A DNA stretch of 64,000 bases, taken from assembly GCA_002269645.1 (NCBI GenBank), contig NIVC01001458.1, positions 222,146 through 286,145 of the forward strand, given 5' to 3'. Positions 12,301 to 26,024 of the stretch are shown here, one piece after another. A model generated the notes under the pieces. It was not told where the DNA came from and did no database searches. It saw only the letters and a program-made list of their open reading frames with translations. A program made the position numbers and the translations under genes. How positions within the stretch are numbered: position 1 is the first letter of the stretch; the number at the start of each line of letters is the position of its first letter. The stretch is from Macrostomum lignano (lineage: Eukaryota).

Positions 12301-15300
12301 TGCCCGCTGCTGCCTCTCTCCGATCCTTCAGTGCCCGCTGCTGCCTCTCTCCGATCCTTCAGTGCCCGCTCTGCCTCTCTCCGATCCTCAGTGCCCGCTG
12401 CTGCCTCTCTCCGATCCTTCAGTGCCCGCTGCTGCCTCTCTCGATCCTTCAGTGCCCACTGCTGCCTCTCTCCGATCCTTCAGTGCCCGCTGCCTGCCCT
12501 GCTGCCTCCTCCGATCCTTCAGTGCCCACTGCTGCCTCTCTCCGATCCTTCAGTGCCCGCCACCACTACCTTGTTAAGATGAGAAACACACTGAAACCTA
12601 AAAAACAGCCACACAGAAAGACAAAAAATGAAACTGACAATGAAAAAACGATTCCACAAAAACGATATACGCCAATCACTTTGTACGGCGCCCTTATTGA
12701 GGCAGACAGACAGGCAAAACTCTCTCCAGAGTCAGCCTAACGATATGAAAAAAATTGTGGAAAAACAGACATCAGCAGCAGTAGGACGCGGGAGCACTGA
12801 AATAAAACAAATTGATTGGACAAAGCTGCATTTTTTCTCGTCCTAGGGAGGCAAAGGGCCGGCCTTGATACTAGCTGATATGGCTGAGTTCAAGTGGCAA
12901 CTCAGTTTTGCAGACGAAGCCTTGCGCGATGCGATGAAGTGCCGCAGTGTAAGAAGTGTCAATCATTGACTGGATTGAAAAGTTTTATTAACACATATTT
13001 TTGTTTATATAAATATGAAAAAAATTCATACTGGCAGTGGGATACAAAGGATCTGAGAGGTTTGAGAGTCTGAAAGTCTCAGTGTTGCAGTGTCTTACGA
13101 GTCTGAGAGTCTTAGAGTCCGAGAGGTCTGGGTCTGAGAGTCTTAGAGAGTCTGAGAGTCTTAGAGTCCGAGAGTCTGGTCTGAGAGGTCTGGGTCTGAG
13201 AGTCTTAGAGAGTCTGAAAGTCTTAGAGAGTCTGAGAACCTTAGAGAGTCTGAGAGACTTAGAGAGTCTGAGAACCTTACAGAGTCTGAGAACCTTACAG
13301 AGTCTGAGAACCTTACAGAGTCTGAGAACCTTACAGAGTCTGAGAACCTTACAGAGTCTGAGAACCTTACAGAGTCTGAGTCTTAGAGAGTCTGAGAGTC
13401 TTAGAGAGTCTGAGAGTCTTAGAGAGTCTGAGAGTCTTAGAGAGTCTGAGAGTCTTAGAGAGTCTGAGAACCTTAGAGAGTCTGAGAACCTTAGAGAGTC
13501 TGAGAACCTTAGAGAGTCTGAGAACCTTAGAGAGTCTTAGAGACTTAGAGTCTGAGAGTCTGAGAGATTTACCTTCGAGTGAAGAGGATCTTAAACAGAT
13601 TGTCCTCAAAGTAGATGACGTCCTCCCGCTGGCGCAGGTCGGGCTGCACCCGCAGGAGCAGTGCTTCTGACAGTCTACGGTGAAGTTTAATCGACGATTT
13701 GCAGACGTGTCAGCGACGACATCTGAGGAGGCAGTCGGTTGCTGCTGCTGCTGCTGCTGCTGCTGATGCACAGGCCGAATGCCGATATCCGAGCAATCGT
13801 CGCCATAGATGACATTCTCCTGATGGGACGGCATCTCCTTGAAGCGCAGCAGATAGTGCGTCACATTGCCGTTGGGTTTCAATGGCGGCTTCCAGGTCAG
13901 TCGCATCTCCGAGGGGCTGCGAAATTCGACTTTGAAATCGTGCGGAGGAGACGGCTGCGTTGGCATCGTGTCCACGTAGATGATGCGGCTCTTGCTGCCG
14001 TAGGCCTGCTGCTGCTCCACCACCAGCTGCGGCATCACGAACATGGCGTATCTGCTGGCCGGCTTCAGCAACTGCGGTGGCGCGGGTTGGGGTGGGTTGC
14101 AACTCAATTAGGGGGGATGGGCTGCAACTCAATTAGGGGGGTGGGTTGCAAGTCAATTAGGGGGATGGGCTGCAACTCAATTAGGGGGGTGGGTTGCAAG
14201 TCAATTAGGGGGATGGGTTGCAACTCAATTAGGGGGTGGGTTGCAACTCTAATAAGGGGATGGGTTGCAACTCAATTAGGGAGATGGGTTGCAACTCAAT
14301 TAGGGAGATGGGTTGCAACTCAATTAGGGGATGGGCTGCAACTCAATTAGGGGGTGGGTTGCAAGTCAATTAGGGGGGATGGGTTGCAACTCAATTAGGG
14401 GATGGGTTGCAAGTCAATTAGGGGGATGGGTTGCAACTCAATTAGGGGGTGGGTTGCAACTCAATAAGGGGATGGGTTGCAACTCAATTAGGGAGATGGG
14501 TTGCAACTCAATTAGGGAGATGGGTTGCAACTCAATAAGGGGATGGGTTGCAACTCAATTAGGGGGATGGGTTGCAACTCAATAAGGGGATGGGTTGCAA
14601 CTCAATTAGGGAGATGGGTTGCAACTCAATTAGGGAGATGGGTTGCAACTCAATTAGGGGGATGGGTTACAACTCAATTAGGGAGATGGGTTGCAAATCA
14701 ATTAGGGGGGATGGGTTGCAACTCAATTAGGGATGGGTTGCAACTCAATTAGGGGGTGGGTTGCAACTCAATTAGGGGGGATGGGTTGCAACTCAATTAG
14801 GGGGATGGGTTGCAACTCAATTAGGGGGTGGGTTGCAACTCAATTAGGGGGATGAGTTGCAACTCAATTAGGGGGATGGGTTGCAACTCAATTAGGGGGG
14901 TGGGTTGCAACTCAATTAGGGGGGTGGGTTGCAACTCAATTAGGGGGGTGGGTTGCAACTCAATTAGGGGGGATGGGTTGCAACTCAATTAGGGGGATGG
15001 GTTGCAACTCAATTAGGGGGGATGGGTTGCAATTTAATTAGGGGGATGGGTTGCAACTCAATTAGGGGGATGGGTTGCAAGTCAATTAGGGGATGAGTTG
15101 CAACTCAATTAGGGGGCTGGTTTGCAATAAAAATCATACACTATCAGCAATGATAGTAACACGTAATTCTAAGTGACTGTAATGAAAACTGTTTTGCTTA
15201 AAAAAGCTCCGCAGTATTATCTTATCGATGAGTATCATATACACGCAGTAGTTGTGCAGGAAGTTGGCGAGTTTCTCTTGGCAAGCAAACAGAGGAAGCA

Positions 15301-18300
15301 TGCCCAAAAACACGGATCTTAAGTCCCAGGTAGTTCATTTTTCTGTTCTTCTTAATCCTAAATAGCAGCTGGAGCGCTAGCTAGACAATAATTAATATCC
15401 GGTGAAGTAAACAAGAAAGCGAATTATAGAAAAACACGCACTACTTATGCTGCTATGCTCGTAGTACTCAATATAATAGATGATTACAAGCGGAAGCCAT
15501 AACCGTGACTGATGTAGCAGAGGCTGGTGTGTATGAATAAAGTACAAAGAGTGGGCCGAAAACAAGTCGGCACACTGCTCTTCTCTCATCAGTTTGTATG
15601 CGCCTACTTATTATAAGGTTATCCGAATAATAATATTAACTGGTTAAAAATAGAAACTTCCTATCTCGACCTAAGCTACAGAGAGACAGAGAGAGATAGG
15701 GAGTCACGTGATAAACCAGTCTCAAAATACGACAGCAAAGATTAGGTAGGAGGCAAATAAACGTGACGCAGTTTCAAAGCTCGGGCAATTGAGGATTCAA
15801 ACAAGCAGGGCTAACCGACTCCTCTGAGCTGGCAAGCACGCAAGTCAAGTCATCAGTGTTCAATACTCGAATTTCAATCATTGCCATTCTGCTGCGAAAT
15901 TATTATATGTTTCTGTTGGCAACGCTTCTTGCACGTTGGACGATGTGAATGGAATGAGAACCTTGTTTTGCAACTGATGATAGAAAAGCCTCCTGTGTCT
16001 TTTTGTTCACCCCCCGCAGTGGTGTCAAAAATCGAAATTGAAGCATCAATAGGCAGCATAAACGTGTAGTTTGGTAGGGGTAAAAATATCAGTGTAAGTT
16101 GCTTGCATTATAACTCCAACTACATACACACAACTGTCTTTGGCCAGCCAAGCTGTCAGAGCCTGATAAAATAGCTACCAACCACTTCCAGGACGATGTC
16201 AGGACTGGTGCGAATCTTTACATAGACACACCGAATTCAAAAGTTTTACCATAGACAGGTAATGTCTCGTATATCCATCTTACTCATCATGAGTAGTGTA
16301 AAGAGCTGAGATAAATATATCATGTGCTCGCCCATCATGCTGTTTTCTATAGTCAGTCATGCTGTTTTCTGTGCTGTCATGCTGTTTTCTATACTGTCAT
16401 GCTGTTTTCTGTGCTGCCATGCTGTTTTCTATACTGTCATGCTGTTTTCTGTACTTTTATGTTGTTTTCTGTGCTGTCATGCTGTTTTCTATACTGTCAT
16501 GCTGTTTTCTGTGCTGTCATGCTGTTTTCTATACTGTCATGCTGTTTTCCGTGCTGTCATGCTGTTTTCTATACTGTCATGCTGTTTTCGTGCTGTCATG
16601 CTGTTTTCTACTGTCATGCTGTTTTCTATACTGTCATGCTATTTTCTGTGCTGTCATGCTGTTTTCTATATTGTCATGCTGTTTTCTATACTGTATGCTA
16701 TTTTCTGTGCTGTCATGCTGTTTTCTATACTGTCATGCTGTTTTCGTGCTGTCATGCTGTTTTCTATACTGTCATGCTGTTTTCTGTGCTGTCATGCTGT
16801 TTTCTATACTGTCATGCTGTTTTCTGTGCTGTCATGCTGTTTTCTATACTGTCATGCTGTTTTCCGTGCTGTCATGCTGTTTTCTTACTGTCATGCTGTT
16901 TTCTATACTGTCATGCTTTTCTTCTGTCATGCTGTTTTCTGTGCTGTCATGCTGTTTTCTATACTGTCATGCTGTTTTCTGTGCTGTCATGCTGTTTTCT
17001 ATACTGTCATGCTGTTTTCTGTGCTGTCATGCTGTTTTCTATACTGTCATGCTGTTTTCGTGCTGTCATGCTGTTTTCTATACTGTCATGCTGTTTTCCG
17101 TGCTGTCATGCGTTTTCTATACTGTCATGCTGTTTTTCGTGCTGTCATGCTGTTTTCTATACTGTCATGCTGTTTTCTGTGCTGTCATGCTGTTTTCTAT
17201 ACTGTCATGCTGTTTTCTGTGCTGTCATGCTGTTTTCTATACTGTCATGCTGTTTTCGTGCTGTCATGCTGTTTTCTATTACTGCCATTCTGTTTTCTGT
17301 GCTGTCATGCCTGTTTTCTATATAAATAGAGATTTAGATAGAGCCACTAAAGAAAGCGAGAAACTTTGATGCTTAAGTAATGGTGAAGTATCGTGACGCT
17401 TACTCGTAACTCGCTTACTAAAGTACTCGTAACTCGTAACAACTAATGATAGAGGAACAGTGACGCTATTGAGATGCGAACTGTGACCCTAACTAACGGT
17501 TTTGCAGCAATGCAGAAGCAGCAACATCATCAGTGTTGGCACTCACAACAACCATAAATTGCACTGTTTCGGTGGCAGCTTCTTCTTGCAGTCGCCAACG
17601 CACTGGGAACAATTATTGAGATGGCAGGACACGCGCAGTAGGTCATCGTCACCTTCAACTGTGCCATCGTGTTTTACTGGAATGCCGGAATATTCCACTA
17701 GTTGATTAGGCGAGCTATTGTCCGGCACGAACAGATTAGTGCAAGCTGAAACATTGTTTGCCATTGGCGAATCTCGCAGGTTGACGGGTCGGCGTATTGC
17801 ACAGTCTCACCCTGGCGCACCTGTCGGTAATAGATTGAATATCCTAGCAGGGCTCGCTTGTCCTTCACCTGGAGCATCGGCCAATGCAGCATGACGCTTC
17901 GGGACGTTACTAAACCGACCAATATGTCGAATGTTCGATTGATGCAAGACGCCAAATCGCCGTTAGTTCTTGGCGATAGATCTTCCGCAAAGTTGATGAA
18001 ATCGGTTACATTGAGAGTGTGTTTAACGAATTCAGTTATTTTATGATTGCATAGCCGCCTGTTCATGTAGAATCGCACTTTGCCTTTGGCTACTAACAGA
18101 CGCCGGCGTTGGTGGCGTTCCATAGCGATTGTAGAAAGTTCGTTGTGCTCGATGGCTAGAAGAGGCCGGCTGGCTAGCTTGGTTGCTGAGGAATATTAAT
18201 TATAATTCGGTGATGATAATGCCTTGCATTTTAGTCTGCGTTAATTATAAAACCAATAGAAAACTCTAAACTAATTGATCATTTTGCATAGCACTCACAT

Positions 18301-21300
18301 TGGTCACAACTGGCACAATGGATGGTCACATGACTGGCACTTGGCACATGATATGGATCACATGACTTGGCACAATGGATGGTCACATGACTGGCACAAT
18401 GGATGGTCACATGACTGGCCACAATGGATGGTCACATGACTGGCACAATGGATGGTCACATTGACTGGCACAATGGATGGTCACATTGACTGGCACAATG
18501 GATGGTCACAATGACTGGCACAATGGATGGTCACATGACTGGCACAATGATGGTCACATGACTGGCACAATGGATGGTCACATGACTGCGCACAATGGAT
18601 GGTCACATGACTGGCACAATGTATGGTCACATGACAGCACAATAGACGCGTCACATGACTGGCACAATGGATGGTCACATGACTGGCACAATGGATGGTC
18701 ACATGACTGGCACAATGGATGGTCACATGACTGGCACAATGTATGGTCACATGACAGACACAATAGACGGTCACATGACTGGCACAATGGATGGTCACAT
18801 GACTGGCACAATGTATGGTCACATGACAGACACAATAGACGGTCACATGACTGGCACAATGGATGGTCACATGACAGGCACAAAGACGTCACATGACGGC
18901 ACATGGAATGACACAGACACAATAGACGGTCACATGACTGGCACAATANNNNNNNNNNNNNNNNNNNNNNNNNNNNNNNNNNNNNNNNNNNNNNNNNNNN
19001 NNNNNNNNNNNNNNNNNNNNNNNNNNNNNNNNNNNNNNNNNNNNNNNNNNNNNNNNNNNNNNNNNNNTAGAGTCCGAGAGTCTGGTCTGAGAGGTCTGGG
19101 TCTGAGAGTCTTAGAGAGTCTGAAAGTCTTAGAGAGTCTGAGAACCTTAGAGAGTCTGAGAGACTTAGAGAGTCTGAGAACCTTACAGAGTCTGAGAACC
19201 TTACAGAGTCTGAGAACCTTACAGAGTCTGAGAACCTTACAGAGTCTGAGAACCTTACAGAGTCTGAGAACCTTACAGAGTCTGAGAGTCTTAGAGAGTC
19301 TGAGAGTCTTAGAGAGTCTGAGAGTCTTAGAGAGTCTGAGAGTCTTAGAGAGTCTGAGAACCTTAGAGAGTCTGAGAACCTTAGAGAGTCTGAGAACCTT
19401 AGAGAGTCTGAGAACCTTAGAGAGTCTTAGAGACTTAGAGTCTGAGAGTCTGAGAGATTTACCTTCGAGTGAAGAGGATCTTAAACAGATTGTCCTCAAA
19501 GTAGATGACGTCCTCCCGCTGGCGCAGGTCGGGCTGCACCCCGCAGGAGCAGTGCTTCTGACAGTCTACGGTGAAGTTTAATCGACGATTTGCAGACGTG
19601 TCAGCGACGACATCTGAGGAGGCAGTCGGTTGCTGCTGCTGCTGCTGCTGCTGCTGATGCACAGGCCGAATGCCGATATCCGAGCAATCGTCGCCATAGA
19701 TGACATTCTCCTGATGGGACGGCATCTCCTTGAAGCGCAGCAGATAGTGCGTCACATTGCCGTTGGGTTTCAATGGCGGCTTCCAGGTCAGTCGCATCTC
19801 CGAGGGGCTGCGAAATTCGACTTTGAAATCGTGCGGAGGAGACGGCTGCGTTGGCATCGTGTCCACGTAGATGATGCGGCTCTTGCTGCCGTAGGCCTGC
19901 TGCTGCTCCACCACCAGCTGCGGCATCACGAACATGGCGTATCTGCTGGCCGGCTTCAGCAACTGCGGTGGCGCGGGTTGGGTGGGTTGCAACTCAATTA
20001 GGGGGGATGGGCTGCAACTCAATTAGGGGGTGGGTTGCAAGTCAATTAGGGGGATGGGCTGCAACTCAATTAGGGGGGTGGGTTGCAAGTCAATTAGGGG
20101 GGATGGGTTGCAACTCAATTAGGGGGTGGGTTGCAACTCTAATAAGGGGATGGGTTGCAACTCAATTAGGGAGATGGGTTGCAACTCAATTAGGGAGATG
20201 GGTTGCAACTCAATTAGGGGGATGGGCTGCAACTCAATTAGGGGGGTGGGTTGCAAGTCAATTAGGGGGGATGGGTTGCAACTCAATTAGGGGGATGGGT
20301 TGCAAGTCAATTAGGGGGATGGGTTGCAACTCAATTAGGGGGTGGGTTGCAACTCAATAAGGGGATGGGTTGCAACTCAATTAGGGAGATGGGTTGCAAC
20401 TCAATTAGGGAGATGGGTTGCAACTCAATAAGGGGATGGGTTGCAACTCAATTAGGGGGATGGGTTGCAACTCAATAAGGGGATGGGTTGCAACTCAATT
20501 AGGGAGATGGGTTGCAACTCAATTAGGGAGATGGGTTGCAACTCAATTAGGGGGATGGGTTACAACTCAATTAGGGAGATGGGTTGCAAATCAATTAGGG
20601 GGGATGGGTTGCAACTCAATTAGGGGATGGGTTGCAACTCAATTAGGGGGGTGGGTTGCAACTCAATTAGGGGGGATGGGTTGCAACTCAATTAGGGGGA
20701 TGGGTTGCAACTCAATTAGGGGGGTGGGTTGCAACTCAATTAGGGGGGATGAGTTGCAACTCAATTAGGGGGATGGGTTGCAACTCAATTAGGGGGGTGG
20801 GTTGCAACTCAATTAGGGGGGTGGGTTGCAACTCAATTAGGGGGGTGGGTTGCAACTCAATTAGGGGGGATGGGTTGCAACTCAATTAGGGGGATGGGTT
20901 GCAACTCAATTAGGGGGATGGGTTGCAATTTAATTAGGGGGATGGGTTGCAACTCAATTAGGGGGATGGGTTGCAAGTCAATTAGGGGGATGAGTTGCAA
21001 CTCAATTAGGGGGCTGGTTTGCAATAAAAATCATACACTATCAGCAATGATAGTAACACGTAATTCTAAGTGACTGTAATGAAAACTGTTTTGCTTAAAA
21101 AAGCTCCGCAGTATTATCTTATCGATGAGTATCATATACACGCAGTAGTTGTGCAGGAAGTTGGCGAGTTTCTCTTGGCAAGCAAACAGAGGAAGCATGC
21201 CCAAAAACACGGATCTTAAGTCCCAGGTAGTTCATTTTTCTGTTCTTCTTAATCCTAAATAGCAGCTGGAGCCGCTAGCTAGACAATAATTAATATCCGG

Positions 21301-24300
21301 TGAAGTAAACAAGAAAGCGAATTATAGAAAAACACGCACTACTTATGCTGCTATGCTCGTAGTACTCAATATAATAGATGATTACAAGCGGAAGCCATAA
21401 CCGTGACTGATGTAGCAGAGGCTGGTGTGTATGAATAAAGTACAAAGAGTGGGCCGAAAACAAGTCGGCACACTGCTCTTCTCTCATCAGTTTGTATGCG
21501 CCTACTTATTATAAGGTTATCCGAATAATAATATTAACTGGTTAAAAATAGAAACTTCCTATCTCGACCTAAGCTACAGAGAGACAGAGAGAGATAGGGA
21601 GTCACGTGATAAACCAGTCTCAAAATACGACAGCAAAGATTAGGTAGGAGGCAAATAAACGTGACGCAGTTTCAAAGCTCGGGCAATTGAGGATTCAAAC
21701 AAGCAGGGCTAACCGACTCCTCTGAGCTGGCAAGCACGCAAGTCAAGTCATCAGTGTTCAATACTCGAATTTCAATCATTGCCATTCTGCTGCGAAATTA
21801 TTATATGTTTCTGTTGGCAACGCTTCTTGCACGTTGGACGATGTGAATGGAATGAGAACCTTGTTTTGCAACTGATGATAGAAAAGCCTCCTGTGTCTTT
21901 TTGTTCACCCCCGCAGTGGTGTCAAAAATCGAAATTGAAGCATCAATAGGCAGCATAAACGTGTACCGTAGTTTGGTAGGGGTAAAAATATCAGTGTAAG
22001 TTGCTTGCATTATAACTCCAACTACATACACACAACTGTCTTTGGCCAGCCAAGCTGTCAGAGCCTGATAAAATAGCTACCAACCACTTCCAGGACGATG
22101 TCAGGACTGGTGCGAATCTTTACATAGACACACCGAATTCAAAAGTTTTACCATAGACAGGTAATGTCTCGTATATCCATCTTACTCATCATGAGTAGTG
22201 TAAAGAGCTGAGATAAATATATCATGTGCTCGCCCATCATGCTGTTTTCTATAGTCAGTCATGCTGTTTTCTGTGCTGTCATGCTGTTTTCTATACTGTC
22301 ATGCTGTTTTCTGTGCTGCCATGCTGTTTTCTATACTGTCATGCTGTTTTCTGTACTTTTATGTTGTTTTCTGTGCTGTCATGCTGTTTTCTATACTGTC
22401 ATGCTGTTTTCTGTGCTGTCATGCTGTTTTCTATACTGTCATGCTGTTTTCCGTGCTGTCATGCTGTTTTCTATACTGTCATGCTGTTTTCCGTGCTGTC
22501 ATGCTGTTTTCTATACTGTCATGCTGTTTTCTATACTGTCATGCTATTTTCTGTGCTGTCATGCTGTTTTCTATATTGTCATGCTGTTTTCTATACTGTC
22601 ATGCTATTTTCTGTGCTGTCATGCTGTTTTCTATACTGTCATGCTGTTTTTCGTGCTGTCATGCTGTTTTCTATACTGTCATGCTGTTTTCTGTGCTGTC
22701 ATGCTGTTTTCTATACTGTCATGCTGTTTTCTGTGCTGTCATGCTGTTTTCTATACTGTCATGCTGTTTTCCGTGCTGTCATGCTGTTTTCTATACTGTC
22801 ATGCTGTTTTCTATACTGTCATGCTATTTTCTGTGCTGTCATGCTGTTTTCTGTGCTGTCATGCTGTTTTCTATACTGTCATGCTGTTTTCTGTGCTGTC
22901 ATGCTGTTTTCTATACTGTCATGCTGTTTTCTGTGCTGTCATGCTGTTTTCTATACTGTCATGCTGTTTTCGTGCTGTCATGCTGTTTTCTATACTGTCA
23001 TGCTGTTTTCCGTGCTGTCATGCCGTTTTCTATACTGTCATGCTGTTTTTCGTGCTGTCATGCTGTTTTCTATACTGTCATGCTGTTTTCTGTGCTGTCA
23101 TGCTGTTTTCTATACTGTCATGCTGTTTTCTGTGCTGTCATGCTGTTTTCTATACTGTCATGCTGTTTTTCGTGCTGTCATGCTGTTTTCTATACTGCCA
23201 TTCTGTTTTCTGTGCTGTCATGCTGTTTTCTATATAAATAGAGATTTAGATAGAGCCACTAAAGAAAGCGAGGAAACTTTGATGCTTAAGTAATGGTGAA
23301 GTATCGTGACGCTTACTCGTAACTCGCTTACTAAAGTACTCGTAACTCGTAACAACTAATGATAGAGGAACAGTGACGCTATTGAGATGGAACTGTGACC
23401 CCTAACTAACGGTTTGCAGCAATGCAGAAGCAGCAACATCATCAGTGTGGCACTCACAACAACCATAAATTGGCACTGTTTCGGTGGCAGCTTCTTCTTG
23501 CAGTCGCCAACGCACTGGGAACAATTATTGAGATGGCAGGACACGCGCAGTAGGTCATCGTCACCTTCAACTGTGCCATCGTGTTTTACTGGAATGCCGG
23601 AATATTCCACTAGTTGATTAGGCGAGCTATTGTCCGGCACGAACAGATTAGTGCAAGCTGTAAACATTGTTTGCCATTGGCGAATCTCGCAGGTTGACGG
23701 GTCGGCGTATTGCACAGTCTCACCCTGGCGCACCTGTCGGTAATAGATTGAATATCCTAGCAGGGCTCGCTTGTCCTTCACCTGGAGCATCGGCCAATGC
23801 AGCATGACGCTTCGGGACGTTACTAAACCGACCAATATGTCGAATGTTCGATTGATGCAAGACGCCAAATCGCCGTTAGTTCTTGGCGATAGATCTTCCG
23901 CAAAGTTGATGAAATCGGTTACATTGAGAGTGTGTTTAACGAATTCAGTTATTTTATGATTGCATAGCCGCCTGTTCATGTAGAATCGCACTTTGCCTTT
24001 GGCTACTAACAGACGCCGGCCGTTGGTGGCGTTCCATAGCGATTGTAGAAAGTCGTTGTGCTCGATGGCTAGAGAGGCCGGCTGGCTAGCTTGGTTGCTG
24101 AGGAATTATTAATTATAATTCGTGATGATAATGCCTTGCATTTTAGTCTGCGTTAATTATAAAACCCAATAGAAAACTCTAAACTAATTGATCATTTTGC
24201 ATAGCATCACATGACTGGCACAATGGATGGTCACATGACTGGCACAATGGATGGTCACATGACTGGCACAATGGATGGTCACATGACTGGCACAATGGAT

Positions 24301-25609
24301 GGTCACATGACTGGCACAATGGATGGTCACATGACTGGCACAATGGATGGTCACATGACTGGCACAATGGATGGTCACATGACTGGCACAATGGATGGTC
24401 ACATGACTGGCACAATGGATGGTCACATGACTGGCACAATGGATGGTCACATGACTGGCACAATGGATGGTCACATGACTGGCACAATGTATGGTCACAT
24501 GACAGACACAATAGACGGTCACATGACTGGCACAATGGATGGTCACATGACTGGCACAATGTATGGTCACATGACTGGCACAATGGATGGTCACATGACT
24601 GGCACAATGGATGGTCACATGACTGGCACAATGGATGGTCACATGACTGGCACAATGTATGGTCACATGACAGACACAATAGACGGTCACATGACTGGCA
24701 CAATGGATGGTCACATGACTGGCACAATGTATGGTCACATGACAGACACAATGGATGGTCACATGACTGGCACAATGGATGGTCACATGACTGGCACAAT
24801 GGATGGTCACATGACTGGCACAATGGATGGTCACATGACTGGCACAATGGATGGTCACATGACTGGCACAATGGATGGTCACATGACTGGCACAATGTAT
24901 GGTCACATGACAGACACAATAGACGGTCACATGACTGGCACAATGGATGGTCACATGACTGGCACAATGTATGGTCACATGACAGACACAATAGACGGTC
25001 ACATGACTGGCACAATGGATGGTCACATGACAGACACAATAGACGGTCACATGACTGGCACAATGGATGGTCACATGACAGACACAATAGACGGTCACAT
25101 GACTGGCACAATAGATGATCACATGACTGGCACAGGTCACAGTGGGTGATCTGTGATGGCTCTCTCGCACCAGGTAGAACGAGCACTCACCGCTGCCCGG
25201 CAGAGCCGCTGTTTTTCCCGTGAATGACCCGCAAGTTGGACAGAAAGGACAGCGAAGTGAGGGCGGGCGAGTTGATAATCATGAGGCTCTCCTCGATTTC
25301 CGTCAGATCGCGAAAGCTCTCCAGTAGGCGTTTCTCCAGGTCAGCTGGAATGACAATTGGAACCAGTCGAAATATGTTGAAGAAATTATCATGAAGCCCG
25401 TATTAGTTCAGGCTGATTCACCTTAAAAATTAATTGGTTTACCTGTCACCAAAGGGTACTGCAAGTACTCGTAAGTTAGCTTGCTATAGCGCAATTATAC
25501 GATAGCGCTAGTAAATACTTTCGCCTGTCTGTACTTCTGTCTGTCTGTCTATGTCTGTCCGTCTGACTCAATGTCTGTCTGTCTCTCTGTCTGTCTGTCT
25601 GTCTGTCTC

Positions 25610-25645
<36 letters not shown>

Positions 25646-25647
25646 CC

Positions 25648-25744
<97 letters not shown>

Positions 25745-25747
25745 GCC

Positions 25748-25789
<42 letters not shown>

Positions 25790-25835
25790 ACTCAATGTCT
25801 GTCTGTCTGTCTGTCTGTCTATCCGTCTGACTCAA

Positions 25836-25876
<41 letters not shown>

Positions 25877-25988
25877 GCCTGTCTGTCTGTTTGTGTGTCT
25901 GTGTGTCTGTCTGTCTGACTCAGTGTCTGTCTGTCTGTCTGTCTGATTGTCCGTCTGACTCAGTGTCTGTCTGTCTGTCTTAGTGTAA

Positions 25989-26024
<36 letters not shown>

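Noticed and set aside
14090-15120. G-quadruplex arrays (also 39368-40855)
   Set aside because: G-tracts are present but long loops or two-G tracts make it a weak, generic prediction with no further support.
15407-15414. FOXO/DAF-16 element GTAAACAA in an InR intron
   Set aside because: A single 8-mer (another at about 58167) is expected by chance in 64 kb.
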